From Acidimicrobiia bacterium (GTDB lineage Bacteria; Actinomycetota; Acidimicrobiia; Spongiisociales; ZC4RG35), in NCBI GenBank assembly GCA_965215185.1, contig OZ244034.1:1874244-1938243 (forward strand): DNA of 64,000 nt, read 5' to 3'. Made by a program: the position numbers and the translations under genes. Below, piece after piece: positions 1 to 8,581 of the stretch. The notes under the pieces are model-generated. The model saw only the letters and a list, made by a program, of their open reading frames with translations. It had not been told where the DNA came from and ran no database searches. Numbering within the stretch: the stretch's first letter is position 1; the number at the start of each line of letters is the position of its first letter.

Positions 1-135
1 GGCCCCGATTCTGGCCGCTTGCGCCAGATGGTCGGAGTTGGTGTCCCACCCGCGCACCTCCCACCCCTTTACAGAGAGTCCGATACCGATCGAAGCGCCG
101 ATCAGGCCAGTGCCGACAACCGCGACCGACCGCAT
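1..135 (-). CDS. tyrA: prephenate dehydrogenase, N-terminal fragment (gene continues past the window edge)
   Basis: Reverse-strand ATG at 135-133, directly downstream of the DAHP synthase stop (ctagATG). Translation MRSVAVVGTGLIGASIGIGLSVKGWEVRGWD... carries a Rossmann GxGxxG motif typical of TyrA. Aromatic amino-acid context. Confidence 0.6.
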   Translation of the reverse strand, partial: MRSVAVVGTGLIGASIGIGLSVKGWEVRGWDTNSDHLAQAARIGA

Positions 136-1149
136 CTAGAGAGGAATGCGCATGGCTTCGGCTATCACCTCGATACTGCTCATCAGTTCAGCGAACTCGT
201 GAGGGAGGATCGCTTGGGCGCCGTCAACCAGAGCTGTTTCGGGAGTGGGATGGACATCGATCATTATCCCGTCCGCTCCCACCGCCAAAGCCGCTCTGGA
301 AAGGGGCGCCACCAATTGTCTTTTGCCCGACGCGTGGGAGGGATCGACGATCACCGGAAGATGGGATAGTTCTTTGAGGAGCGGAACTGCCGTGATGTCG
401 AGAGTGTTGCGAGAGGCGGTCTCGAAAGTGCGGATACCCCGCTCAGCCATCAGAATCTCCTGATTTCCCTCTTTAAAGATGTATTCGGCGGCGTTCAGCC
501 ATTCCTCCAAAGTGGCGGTGAAGCCCCGCTTGAGCATCACCGGGGTCTTGGTGCGGCCCACTTCGGTAAGGAGGGCAAAGTTGGACATATTCCGGGTTCC
601 GATCCGGACCATGTCGGCGTATCCGGCCACCAGTTCCACGTCTCGGGGATCCAGCACCTCGGCCACGAACGGCATGTCAAATTCCTCGCGGGCCTCGGCC
701 AAGAGCATCAGCCCCTTTTCCTTCAAACCCTGAAAGGAGAACGGAGAAGTGCGCGGCTTGAAGGCGTCTCCCCGCAACACCGTGGCGCCCGCCTCTCTCA
801 CGGCCTCGGCGGTTTGGAACAATACGTCCCGAGATTCCACGGCACACGGTCCCGCGATAGCAGTAAACGACCCGTCGCCGATCCTCACCCCCCGGATCTC
901 GATCACTGTGTTCGCCTCCTGGAACTCCCGGCTCACCAGCTTGAAAGGCCTCATCACCGGTACGGCCTTCTCCACACCACCCAGCGCCTCCAGGGGCAAT
1001 TGCAGAATCTGCTGACGATCACCCACTGCTCCTATGACAGTCCGGAAACGTCCCACCGACACATGAGCCTCACAATCTATAGACTGAAGCCGGTTCACAA
1101 CGACCTGAACCTGTTCGTCGGTAGCGTCTTGTCTCATCACGATGATCAT
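136..1149 (-). CDS. 3-deoxy-7-phosphoheptulonate (DAHP) synthase, type I-beta, with N-terminal ferredoxin-like/ACT regulatory domain
   Basis: 337-aa ORF. C-terminal KDO8P/DAHP synthase TIM-barrel motifs (GPCAVES, KRGF, IMIDVHP) and a short N-terminal regulatory domain. Adjacent to tyrA. Confidence 0.85.
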   Translation of the reverse strand: MIIVMRQDATDEQVQVVVNRLQSIDCEAHVSVGRFRTVIGAVGDRQQILQLPLEALGGVEKAVPVMRPFKLVSREFQEANTVIEIRGVRIGDGSFTAIAGPCAVESRDVLFQTAEAVREAGATVLRGDAFKPRTSPFSFQGLKEKGLMLLAEAREEFDMPFVAEVLDPRDVELVAGYADMVRIGTRNMSNFALLTEVGRTKTPVMLKRGFTATLEEWLNAAEYIFKEGNQEILMAERGIRTFETASRNTLDITAVPLLKELSHLPVIVDPSHASGKRQLVAPLSRAALAVGADGIMIDVHPTPETALVDGAQAILPHEFAELMSSIEVIAEAMRIPL

Positions 1150-1306
1150 CGGCGATCCCTTTTCGTCAATCTGTCTCCAATATTACGGCTCCACAAACTA
1201 CCGAGAGTCGTTGAATCACCTCGCCGGAGCGCAGGACGGTGATCGCGAAGTATTCCGAAGGCCTGACCGAACCCTGCGTCCGGTGGTCCGGTAACCTCTT
1301 TCCGAT

Positions 1307-1861
1307 ATGTCCATTGATATCGCCGGATTCATTCACAACGTCAAAGAACACGCGATCAAACACGCCTTTCATATTCACGACGAGCGACACTTTGTGGAGA
1401 CCTATTCGCTTCGCCAATCCTGGGAGGTGGACCTACATCCCGCCGAGTCCTGCAACCTGCCCATCGACCTGCACCTGTCGTTGGATGTTGAACCCCGGGC
1501 GCTGTTGGCCCTGCTCGACCGCCTGGAAGAGATGGACGACGACTTCGAGGAACCAGAAGACATATATCAGATGCACATGTACTTCAACTGGTCGGTTCCT
1601 CCGCTCACCAATCCGCCGGATTTGTTAGTGCTGGCCACCGATCTGGCCGGAGTGGGCGACATCCCGCTCCCCATCGAAGTGCAGGCCATCGACTCCTACG
1701 CTCCCCTGGGCCCTCCCACTCAACGGCGTCTGATGATCACCGGCACCGTTCACATCTCCATGGTCGACGTGGTGATGGGACGCGAACAGCTGTGCGAAAC
1801 CTTGGACCTGGCCAAAGAGGTAAGCGTCTATTTGGCCGACCATATCGAAGCCTGGGTTTAA
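1307..1861 (+). CDS. hypothetical protein (acidic, no recognisable domain)
   Basis: 184-aa ORF with protein-like composition. Stop codon 13 bp before the IS end. Confidence 0.45.
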   Translation: MSIDIAGFIHNVKEHAIKHAFHIHDERHFVETYSLRQSWEVDLHPAESCNLPIDLHLSLDVEPRALLALLDRLEEMDDDFEEPEDIYQMHMYFNWSVPPLTNPPDLLVLATDLAGVGDIPLPIEVQAIDSYAPLGPPTQRRLMITGTVHISMVDVVMGREQLCETLDLAKEVSVYLADHIEAWV

Positions 1862-1873
1862 GGGAGGGAGGGA

Positions 1874-3287
1874 GGGACTTATATACCTGAGTACCCGAGG
1901 GTGCTCTGATACTGTATCTGTGTCGTCTGCCTGCCGTTTCGCCCCGAAGAGCTCGCCGGTCTTACAGCAGAGGTTTGTATAGCGCGACACATCGGCTGAC
2001 AGTCCCGGCCGATCCCGAGGTTCCCGGTGGGGAAAGCCTCGGGCGCATATGTTTCTTGCGGCGGTGTGGTCTCTGCACATGATGAGACCGCACCCTCCGC
2101 ACTCGTACACTCGCACAGACAGAGGCATGCTCTGTCTGTGACCGCAGCACGAGCAGTCCGTGGAGGTGTGTGACGGGTTTACTCTCACATACGGGACACC
2201 AGTTTTCCAGGCTTTGTGTGCCAGTATCTGACAGAGAGTCTCCCATCTTTGTTCGGACATCTTCTTGGAGAACCTCTTGGATCTGAGCATTCCCCCCACG
2301 TTCAAGCCCTCCACCGCCATGCCGTCGTGGGCGCTCACCAACTGGTGGGCTAGGCGGAAGTCGGCCTGTCGGGCTCGTTCCTTTTCTCTGCGCCACACCT
2401 TGGCGTGAGCCGCCACCTTCTTGCGGCGTGAGAGGGAACCTTTCTTCGATCTGCTGATCTGGCGCTGGGTTCTCCTTATAGCGGAGCGATCCACCACTGG
2501 AGCGGGGATGCTCCGCCCGTTCGAGGTGGGAAGGCGGATGTGCAGTCCCAGGTCTATACCCACCGGATGTTGCGGCTCCTTCTCGGCCATGGGGCGGTGC
2601 GGGTGTCTCAGCACCACCTGCACCTCGGTTCTCAGAGGAGTGCGCACCACTCGCAGTTCCACCACCATGGCGCCGAGACCGAGCGCGGTAGCGAGTCGGT
2701 TGCTCCGGTCGGAGAACCGCAACCGAGGTACACCCTTCACCTGCAATCTCCACCATCGTTCCGATTGGTTGTTGCCGGTACCGGGCGCACAGACCATGGA
2801 TGGGGTCGGATCGGGTATCTCTATGGAACGCCAACGGTGCGAAGGCTTGAAGCGCGGATACCCCCGGGCCTTCCTCCTTCTTTGCACCTGCGATAGAAGG
2901 CGGCTCTGGCCCTGTCAAAACGGCGGATGACCCCTCTGCCTACCTTGACGGACAGCCGGTTCCACTCCGCAAGATCCTCGCGGACCCCGGTGAACTGCTT
3001 TATCAAGTCCTACTTGGATTGGTTCAGTTCGGAAGGGAACGTCTCCGTTTCCAGATTATGGTGTTCCTTCCACCATGAGTATGCGCCTTTCCACGACTCC
3101 AGGCAGGCGTTGTACATCTCGGCGCACATTCCGAAAATCTCCGTGAGCCTGCGGTGCTGGGAGGGTGAACACTTGGCGGGCAGGTGCATGGCCTGAAACC
3201 AAACATCCATAGGGTGTCAGCGTACCCAGAGGGTGTGACACTCTTTGCGCGTTAGGAGCCCGTGGGCAATCAGGTATACAAGTCCCC
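1874..3287 (-). mobile_element. TnpB-only IS200/IS605-like element, copy A (decayed), bounded by imperfect 17-bp terminal inverted repeats
   Basis: 1874-1890 gggacttatatacctga is the reverse complement of 3271-3287 caggtatacaagtcccc, with 1 mismatch. Interior encodes TnpB in three frames. About 75% nucleotide identity to copy B at 8582-9986. Confidence 0.7.
1898..3210 (-). pseudogene. tnpB: tnpB (RNA-guided nuclease TnpB / OrfB_IS605), disrupted by at least 2 frameshifts and loss of the stop codon
   Basis: Fragments 3210-3010 (MDVWFQAMHLPAKCSPSQHRRLTEIFGMCAEMYNACLESWKG...), 3006-2821 and 2887-1625. RuvC-I GIDLGL motif. Zinc ribbon CSCCGH...CGGCG followed by DRDxNAAxNI. The ORF reads through into flanking DNA because the stop codon seen in copy B is mutated. 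Confidence 0.7.
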
Positions 3288-3396
3288 TTCAAAGCCATCC
3301 GCACCCTGCGGTGCTGTCCAGTTGCGCTTTGACCGACGGATCGGTGGTGGCGGGGGTGGGCCCTACGGGGGAGGAAACTAGGTGGTTTTTCGCGGG

Positions 3397-4365
3397 TTAG
3401 GGATAGCCGAACTGGGGTTGCAGTCCTACAACCTTGGGTCCGTCCTCTTCCATCTCCAAGAACACCAGCCAGGTGGACCAATCGAGTCCGCCCAGGGTCT
3501 CGTCATCTCCGGGGTCGTGTATGGCTACCCATGGGAAGTTGGCGAACGCCGAAGAAATCGCCGATCCGGGCAGCACCGCATTGGAGCCCAACGGGAGGGC
3601 GCCCACCTCGATCGTCATGTCCTCGTCCAGGTAATCAGAGAGGAAGGCATCGGAGATCACTTCCTTCCAGGATCCCACCGTGGCGGCCCCCTCGCTGGCC
3701 GAAGCTCCGGTGTTCGACCACTTCAAATCGGTGTCGTCGGAGGCCAATGTGCCTAGCTCCTCCGGTGTCCAGCGCCGCAAGTTGTCGTCAAAATAGATAG
3801 CGAACAGACCCCTCCAGGACACGCTGTCGGCCAAGCCTTCTCCCAGCACCAAAGCGTTGGCGAATCGGTCGAGAGCCGAACTCCATTCCCACTCCTGTTC
3901 GACCTCCGACGGCGTCCAAATCTCGGTCAGGTAATAGCCGTAGGCCCATCCCTGGAAATCCGCAGTTCTCACTTCGTGCCAAATCCGGCCCTCGTCCACT
4001 TCGACAGCGCCGGTGGCGACCAGCTCCGCCTGAGCCGGCGCAAGCTCGCCGACGACGGGATTCTGGGTTCCCGGATCTCCCCGGACGTTCAATTTGTTGT
4101 TTGACTCACCGGGCGCAAGCACCACCACCCCCAGGCTTCGGCGAGGGATGGTGGTGGTGGTAGTGGGCGCGGCGGTGGAAGCAACCGTGGCTTGATCCGT
4201 TGTGTCGGGTGCCGCATTTGCGTCTGCTGCACCTTCCGAAGTGGTGGTGGCTTCACCATTGGAGCCTTCTGCATCGTCGCCTCCGCATGCCGCCAGCACC
4301 AGAGTCATCAGCACCATCACCCACAGAAGTCGGCGAGGCACGGTCTGCGATGCAGTATGGGACAT
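3397..4365 (-). CDS. secreted lipoprotein of unknown function
   Basis: Signal peptide plus lipobox (LVLAAC). Ser/Thr/Ala-rich linker. 322 aa. Confidence 0.55.
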   Translation of the reverse strand: MSHTASQTVPRRLLWVMVLMTLVLAACGGDDAEGSNGEATTTSEGAADANAAPDTTDQATVASTAAPTTTTTIPRRSLGVVVLAPGESNNKLNVRGDPGTQNPVVGELAPAQAELVATGAVEVDEGRIWHEVRTADFQGWAYGYYLTEIWTPSEVEQEWEWSSALDRFANALVLGEGLADSVSWRGLFAIYFDDNLRRWTPEELGTLASDDTDLKWSNTGASASEGAATVGSWKEVISDAFLSDYLDEDMTIEVGALPLGSNAVLPGSAISSAFANFPWVAIHDPGDDETLGGLDWSTWLVFLEMEEDGPKVVGLQPQFGYP

Positions 4366-4479
4366 ACCAATTCAGATTAGCACCCAGCCGGAACGTATTT
4401 CCTGTCAAAAACATGCTTTTATGAAGTCAGCGCCCTCCGTTGCATTACCAGGGTCGCCCTCCGGTCGCGTAGACACTCG

Positions 4480-5361
4480 CTAGGGCTGCTCGCCCCTCTC
4501 CAGCCGCCGGTTGATGTCACTCACCACCTCCACCAATTCCAACGGCTCGTCGATCACATAATGAGCGCCAGCCTCCCGCAGCAATCGACGGGTGTTTGCC
4601 AAACGCCGGGCCACCTGCGCCGACGACCACGACTCCGCCTGCTCCAAGGTGTCGGCGTTCATGTAATTGCTGTATCGGGCGATCCCCACCGTCCAGCATC
4701 CCGCCGACAAGCCCTCCTCCACTCCCGAGACCGTGTCGTCCACCTTGACCACCGACTGAATGGGGTGCACATCGAGCAGCTCCAGATTGCGATACAGCAT
4801 GAAGGGGCGGGGACGGCTGCCATGAGCCACCTCGTCACCCGTCACGGTGCAATCGGGGTAAAAGCCCTGTTGGCGGGCGTGCTCCAAGAGGACATTCACC
4901 ATGGATCGCAAGAACCCGGTGGTCATGCCGATCTTTACGCCGAGGTCACCCTGCAACTTCTCCGCCATTTCCACCACGCCCGGCAGGAGTTGGGCGTACT
5001 CGGGAAGACATTCGATCTGACGCGGCTCGAACTCTTCGAACAGCGACTGAGCGTCACTGTCACCGGGTTCTGTGCCGTGGGTGGCCATCCATCGTTCTCT
5101 GATGACAGGATCTTCCAGCAGCCTTCTGATATGCAGATCCTTGGACAAACCCATCGGACCCCGCGCCCGTCCCATACTTATCTCCACACCCCTGGTTTTG
5201 AACACCTCCACAAAAGTCCGGGCCGGGGCCATCACATAGGCGTCACAAACGGTTCCGCTCCAATCAAGGATTGCCCCACGAACCGGGCCACGGAACTCTC
5301 GGGCCAAAGGTGATTCGAACTTCCACATTGCCTTTACCAGGGAGCCGATCGGAGCGAACAA
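4480..5361 (-). CDS. phnX: phosphonoacetaldehyde hydrolase (phosphonatase), HAD superfamily
   Basis: AILDWSGT HAD motif I. RGPMGLSKDLHIRRL closely matches the PhnX substrate-binding region. Start may be an internal Met, about 11 codons downstream. Confidence 0.8.
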   Translation of the reverse strand: MFAPIGSLVKAMWKFESPLAREFRGPVRGAILDWSGTVCDAYVMAPARTFVEVFKTRGVEISMGRARGPMGLSKDLHIRRLLEDPVIRERWMATHGTEPGDSDAQSLFEEFEPRQIECLPEYAQLLPGVVEMAEKLQGDLGVKIGMTTGFLRSMVNVLLEHARQQGFYPDCTVTGDEVAHGSRPRPFMLYRNLELLDVHPIQSVVKVDDTVSGVEEGLSAGCWTVGIARYSNYMNADTLEQAESWSSAQVARRLANTRRLLREAGAHYVIDEPLELVEVVSDINRRLERGEQP

Positions 5362-5460
5362 TTCGTAATCAACATTTCCTCTATAAGTCTGCCAATCGGA
5401 GCGAACAATTCGTAATCAACATTTCCTCTATAAGTCTGCCAATCGGAGCGAACGATTCGT
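5350..5460. repeat. AT-rich 47-bp tandem direct repeat, 2.4 copies, in the divergent phnX/lutA intergenic region
   Basis: Unit cggagcgaacaattcgtaatcaacatttcctctataagtctgccaat at 5350-5396 and 5397-5443, then a partial copy with 1 mismatch at 5444-5460. Confidence 0.9.
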
Positions 5461-5464
5461 AGTA

Positions 5465-6253
5465 TTGTCCCGTCCCATGTCGGAGACTGTTCAACTATTC
5501 GTCACTTGCGTTATCGACGCCATCTTTCCGCAAGTCGGCCGCGACGTTGTTGAGGAGTTGGAAAGAAATGGTGTAACCGTTGAATTTCCCGAGGACCAGA
5601 CCTGCTGCGGCCAGCCGGCCTACAACGCCGGGCATCTTCGGGAGGCATCCGAGGTGCTGGTCCACAATCTGGAGGTTCTGGACCGCACCGAAGGGCCCAT
5701 AGTGATTCCCTCCGGATCCTGCACCGACTTCATCATGCATCACGGCCCGCGGGTGGCCGCCGATATTCCGGGCAGGGCCGACATTGCCAAGCGGGTGGCG
5801 GCTCGCATCCGCGAGTTCACGTCTTATCTTGTCGAAAAGCGGCGAGAAATCGCCAGCGAGGGGACCGCAGACGAAAGCGGGGACAACGGAGAGCGGCGGC
5901 GGGCCTACTACCACCCTTCCTGCCACGCTCTGCGCGGCCTGGGTCTGCGCCGAGAGGGGGAAATGCTGTTGGAATCGGTGAAGGGGGTGGAACGGGTTGA
6001 ACTCGAGGGTGCCGAGGAATGCTGTGGATTCGGTGGCCTGTTCGCATTGGAGATGCCCGAAATCTCCGCCAAGATCATGAACACCAAGCTGGATCGACTG
6101 GAGAACGGGGAAGTGCAGATGCTGGTGGGCGCCGACGTGGCCTGCCTCATGCACATGGAAGGGGGCCTTCGTCGCCGCAAGAACCCCATGCAGGTGCTGC
6201 ACATCGCCTCGGCGCTGGCCGGTGGCCGGGCCGTTGATGGAGAATACCAATGA
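5465..6253 (+). CDS. lutA: L-lactate utilization protein A (Fe-S oxidoreductase with two CCG domains)
   Basis: Two cysteine-rich CCG motifs (CCG...C, CCGFGG). About 260 aa. Followed by lutB and lutC with overlapping stops and starts. Confidence 0.8.
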   Translation: MSRPMSETVQLFVTCVIDAIFPQVGRDVVEELERNGVTVEFPEDQTCCGQPAYNAGHLREASEVLVHNLEVLDRTEGPIVIPSGSCTDFIMHHGPRVAADIPGRADIAKRVAARIREFTSYLVEKRREIASEGTADESGDNGERRRAYYHPSCHALRGLGLRREGEMLLESVKGVERVELEGAEECCGFGGLFALEMPEISAKIMNTKLDRLENGEVQMLVGADVACLMHMEGGLRRRKNPMQVLHIASALAGGRAVDGEYQ

Positions 6254-7653
6254 GCCAGCCGGTTACCTTCCGCCGTCGCGCCATTGAAGAGATGGCCACT
6301 TCCAAACCCGCGGCGGTGGACCGGGCAGCGCGCCGGTTTACCGACAAACGCCAATGGGCGGTGAACGATTTCGCAGCCATGGAGGAAACCCGCGACCGGG
6401 GCCGGGAGATCCGCCTTCACACCCTGGCCAACCTGCACCGCTACCTCGACCAATTCGCCGACTCGGTGGAACGCGCCGGAGGGCAGGTGCTGTGGGCCGC
6501 CGACGCGGCTGAGGCCAACCAGCAGATCGCCGAGTTGATAGCCAGGAAAAAGGGTTCGCTGGTGATCAAATCCAAATCGATGGTCACCGAAGAACTCGGA
6601 CTCCTCCACCATCTGGAAAACGAGGGCCACACCGTGGTGGAGACCGATCTGGGAGAGTTCATCGTCCAGATCGCCAAGGACCATCCGTCCCACATCATCG
6701 CGCCGGTCATGCACCTCACCCGCCAGGACATCGGCGCCCTTTTCCAACAGGAACTGGGATTTCCCTATTCGGAGGACCCGGCTGATCTAACCCAGATGGC
6801 CCGCCGGCACCTACGACGATTTTTCCTCTCCGCCGATGTGGGGATCTCGGGAGTGAACATGGGAGTGGCCGAGACCGGATCGATAATCACCATCACCAAC
6901 GAGGGCAACGGCTGGCTGACCACCGCCGCGCCCCGGTTGCACATCGCGGTGATGGGCATGGAGCGCCTGGTTCCCACTATGAATGACGCGGCCACCATCG
7001 TGGAGATACTGGCTCGGTCGGCCACGGGTCAACGGCTGAGCGTCTACACCAATGTGGTGACCGGCCCGAGAAGACCGGGCGACCCGGACGGGCCGGACGA
7101 GATGGCGGTGGTGATCGTGGACAACGGGCGCAGCCTCGTGTTGGAAAGCGACGCCTCCGAGATCCTGGCCTGCATCCGGTGCGGCGCCTGCCTGAACGTC
7201 TGCCCTGTGTTCCGGGAGGTGGGGGGTCACGCCTACGGACAGGTGTATCCCGGTCCGGTGGGGGCGGTGCTGGCGCCCGGGCTGGCCGACTTCAAGGATC
7301 ATTTGGACCTGCCCTATGCCTCCAGCCTGTGCGGAGCGTGCCGGGAGGTATGCCCGGTGCGTATCGACATCCCCAAGCTCCTGGTCAACCAACGCGTTCG
7401 AGCCACCAAGGAAAACGATCCGTTCCGGTGGATGGGCCCGGGACTGGCCGTTTACCGCCAAGCCGGCAAGCGCCCGCTGCTGTGGAAATCGTTGCTGGCC
7501 GCCGGGCGAATGGCCGGGCGGGTAAAGAAAGAAGGCGAGTGGTTCCACCGCCTGCCCTTCCAAAGCAAAGGGTGGACCGACAGCCGCGACTTTCCCCCAC
7601 CGGCGAAACAGTCCTTCCGGCAATGGTGGAAAGAAAGCCGCGATGGAACGTAG
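6250..7653 (+). CDS. lutB: L-lactate utilization protein B (LUD domain plus 2x[4Fe-4S] binding)
   Basis: CIRCGACLNVCP and CGACREVCP ferredoxin motifs. LUD domain. 467 aa. Confidence 0.85.
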   Translation: MSQPVTFRRRAIEEMATSKPAAVDRAARRFTDKRQWAVNDFAAMEETRDRGREIRLHTLANLHRYLDQFADSVERAGGQVLWAADAAEANQQIAELIARKKGSLVIKSKSMVTEELGLLHHLENEGHTVVETDLGEFIVQIAKDHPSHIIAPVMHLTRQDIGALFQQELGFPYSEDPADLTQMARRHLRRFFLSADVGISGVNMGVAETGSIITITNEGNGWLTTAAPRLHIAVMGMERLVPTMNDAATIVEILARSATGQRLSVYTNVVTGPRRPGDPDGPDEMAVVIVDNGRSLVLESDASEILACIRCGACLNVCPVFREVGGHAYGQVYPGPVGAVLAPGLADFKDHLDLPYASSLCGACREVCPVRIDIPKLLVNQRVRATKENDPFRWMGPGLAVYRQAGKRPLLWKSLLAAGRMAGRVKKEGEWFHRLPFQSKGWTDSRDFPPPAKQSFRQWWKESRDGT

Positions 7654-8296
7654 CCAGTTCCTGAAGCGGATCGAACAGGCCCTCGGCTCCGATTCCCTGC
7701 CCGGGCTTCCCGCCCGCCATCCCGACCACCACCTCCCCCACCTGGAAGAGGTGGACCTGACCACTCATTTCATAGCCGCCTTCGAGCTGCTGGACGGGAT
7801 AGTCCATCACGGATCGCCTCTGGACGTGATCACCCGGATCATGGAAGACCGCGGAACCCGGGAGTACCTGGCCTGGGACCAGGAGCACCTTCCCAGCGAG
7901 GGCCTGTTAGACGCTCTGGGACAGAAGGGATACCGGCGGAAGGGAACCGTCCTGCCATCCGACCCCGATGGTCGTATCCCCCACCAGATGGGCTACATGG
8001 ACGCCGAGGTTGGGATCTCCGCGGCGATGGCCGCCCTGGCCGAGTCCGGCTCGGTGGTGGTGACTTCGGGACCCGGGCGTTCTCGTTTGGCCTCGGTGAT
8101 CCCCGCCGTTCACATAGTGCTGGTGCCCACCAGGCTGATCTTTCGCTCGCTATCCCATTGGGCGGCGCAGGTTGAATCACCCGATCAGTTGGCGAACATC
8201 ATGGTCATAACCGGACCCAGCCGCACCGGCGACATCGAACTCACCCTCACCAAAGCAGTGCACGGACCCGGCGACATCCACGCCGTTCTGCTGTAG
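7643..8296 (+). CDS. lutC: L-lactate utilization protein C (LUD domain)
   Basis: 217 aa. Overlaps the lutB stop. LUD/YkgG-like sequence. Confidence 0.75.
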   Translation: MERSQFLKRIEQALGSDSLPGLPARHPDHHLPHLEEVDLTTHFIAAFELLDGIVHHGSPLDVITRIMEDRGTREYLAWDQEHLPSEGLLDALGQKGYRRKGTVLPSDPDGRIPHQMGYMDAEVGISAAMAALAESGSVVVTSGPGRSRLASVIPAVHIVLVPTRLIFRSLSHWAAQVESPDQLANIMVITGPSRTGDIELTLTKAVHGPGDIHAVLL

Positions 8297-8334
8297 GCGC
8301 CACCCCGTCCTCCTCAAGCTCCCGGGGTGTTTCA

Positions 8335-8580
8335 TCATGACAGTTGAATAGCTATCGGCTTTAGGTCTTCACTTGGAATCAAGGAGAGACCCATGAGGTT
8401 GATAATGTCTTCCCCGATCCCTTGGACGATCATCTCCCCAGGTTCTATATCTGTAGGGCCGAATGCGACTTCGCCGCCAAAGTTGACATACGCCCTGCGA
8501 TAGAGATCGAAGCATTCATAGAGCACCTGATAGAGCTCTTTCGAAAAGCCTTCCTGCCCCCTGTAGTCGGCGCGACGTAG
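8335..8580 (-). pseudogene. possible orphan C-terminal gene fragment of low GC, adjacent to the IS
   Basis: Protein-like reverse-strand ORF (…LYECFDLYRRAYVNFGGEVAFGPTDIEPGEMIVQGIGEDIINLMGLSLIPSEDLKPIAIQLS*) with no start codon of its own. About 50% GC against about 67% in the surroundings. Abuts the element end at 8582. Confidence 0.25.
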
Positions 8581-8581
8581 A

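Noticed and set aside
19-369. 116-aa forward ORF at the window start
   Set aside because: Entirely antisense to the well-supported DAHP synthase gene and the tyrA start. Arg/Gly/His-rich composition typical of high-GC antisense frames.
1962-2918. 318-aa reverse ORF and 169-/118-aa forward ORFs inside IS copy A
   Set aside because: Alternative frames of the decayed tnpB region. Compositionally biased (Arg/Gly/Pro/Ser). The TnpB-homologous frames explain the region.
5350-5460. Possible CRISPR array
   Set aside because: Only 2.4 directly adjacent copies with no spacers between them. A simple tandem duplication, not repeat-spacer architecture.
5495-7764. Long reverse-strand ORFs (251, 279, 317 aa) across lutA/lutB
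   Set aside because: Antisense to the strongly motif-supported lutABC. GC-rich artefacts with Gly/Arg/Pro bias.
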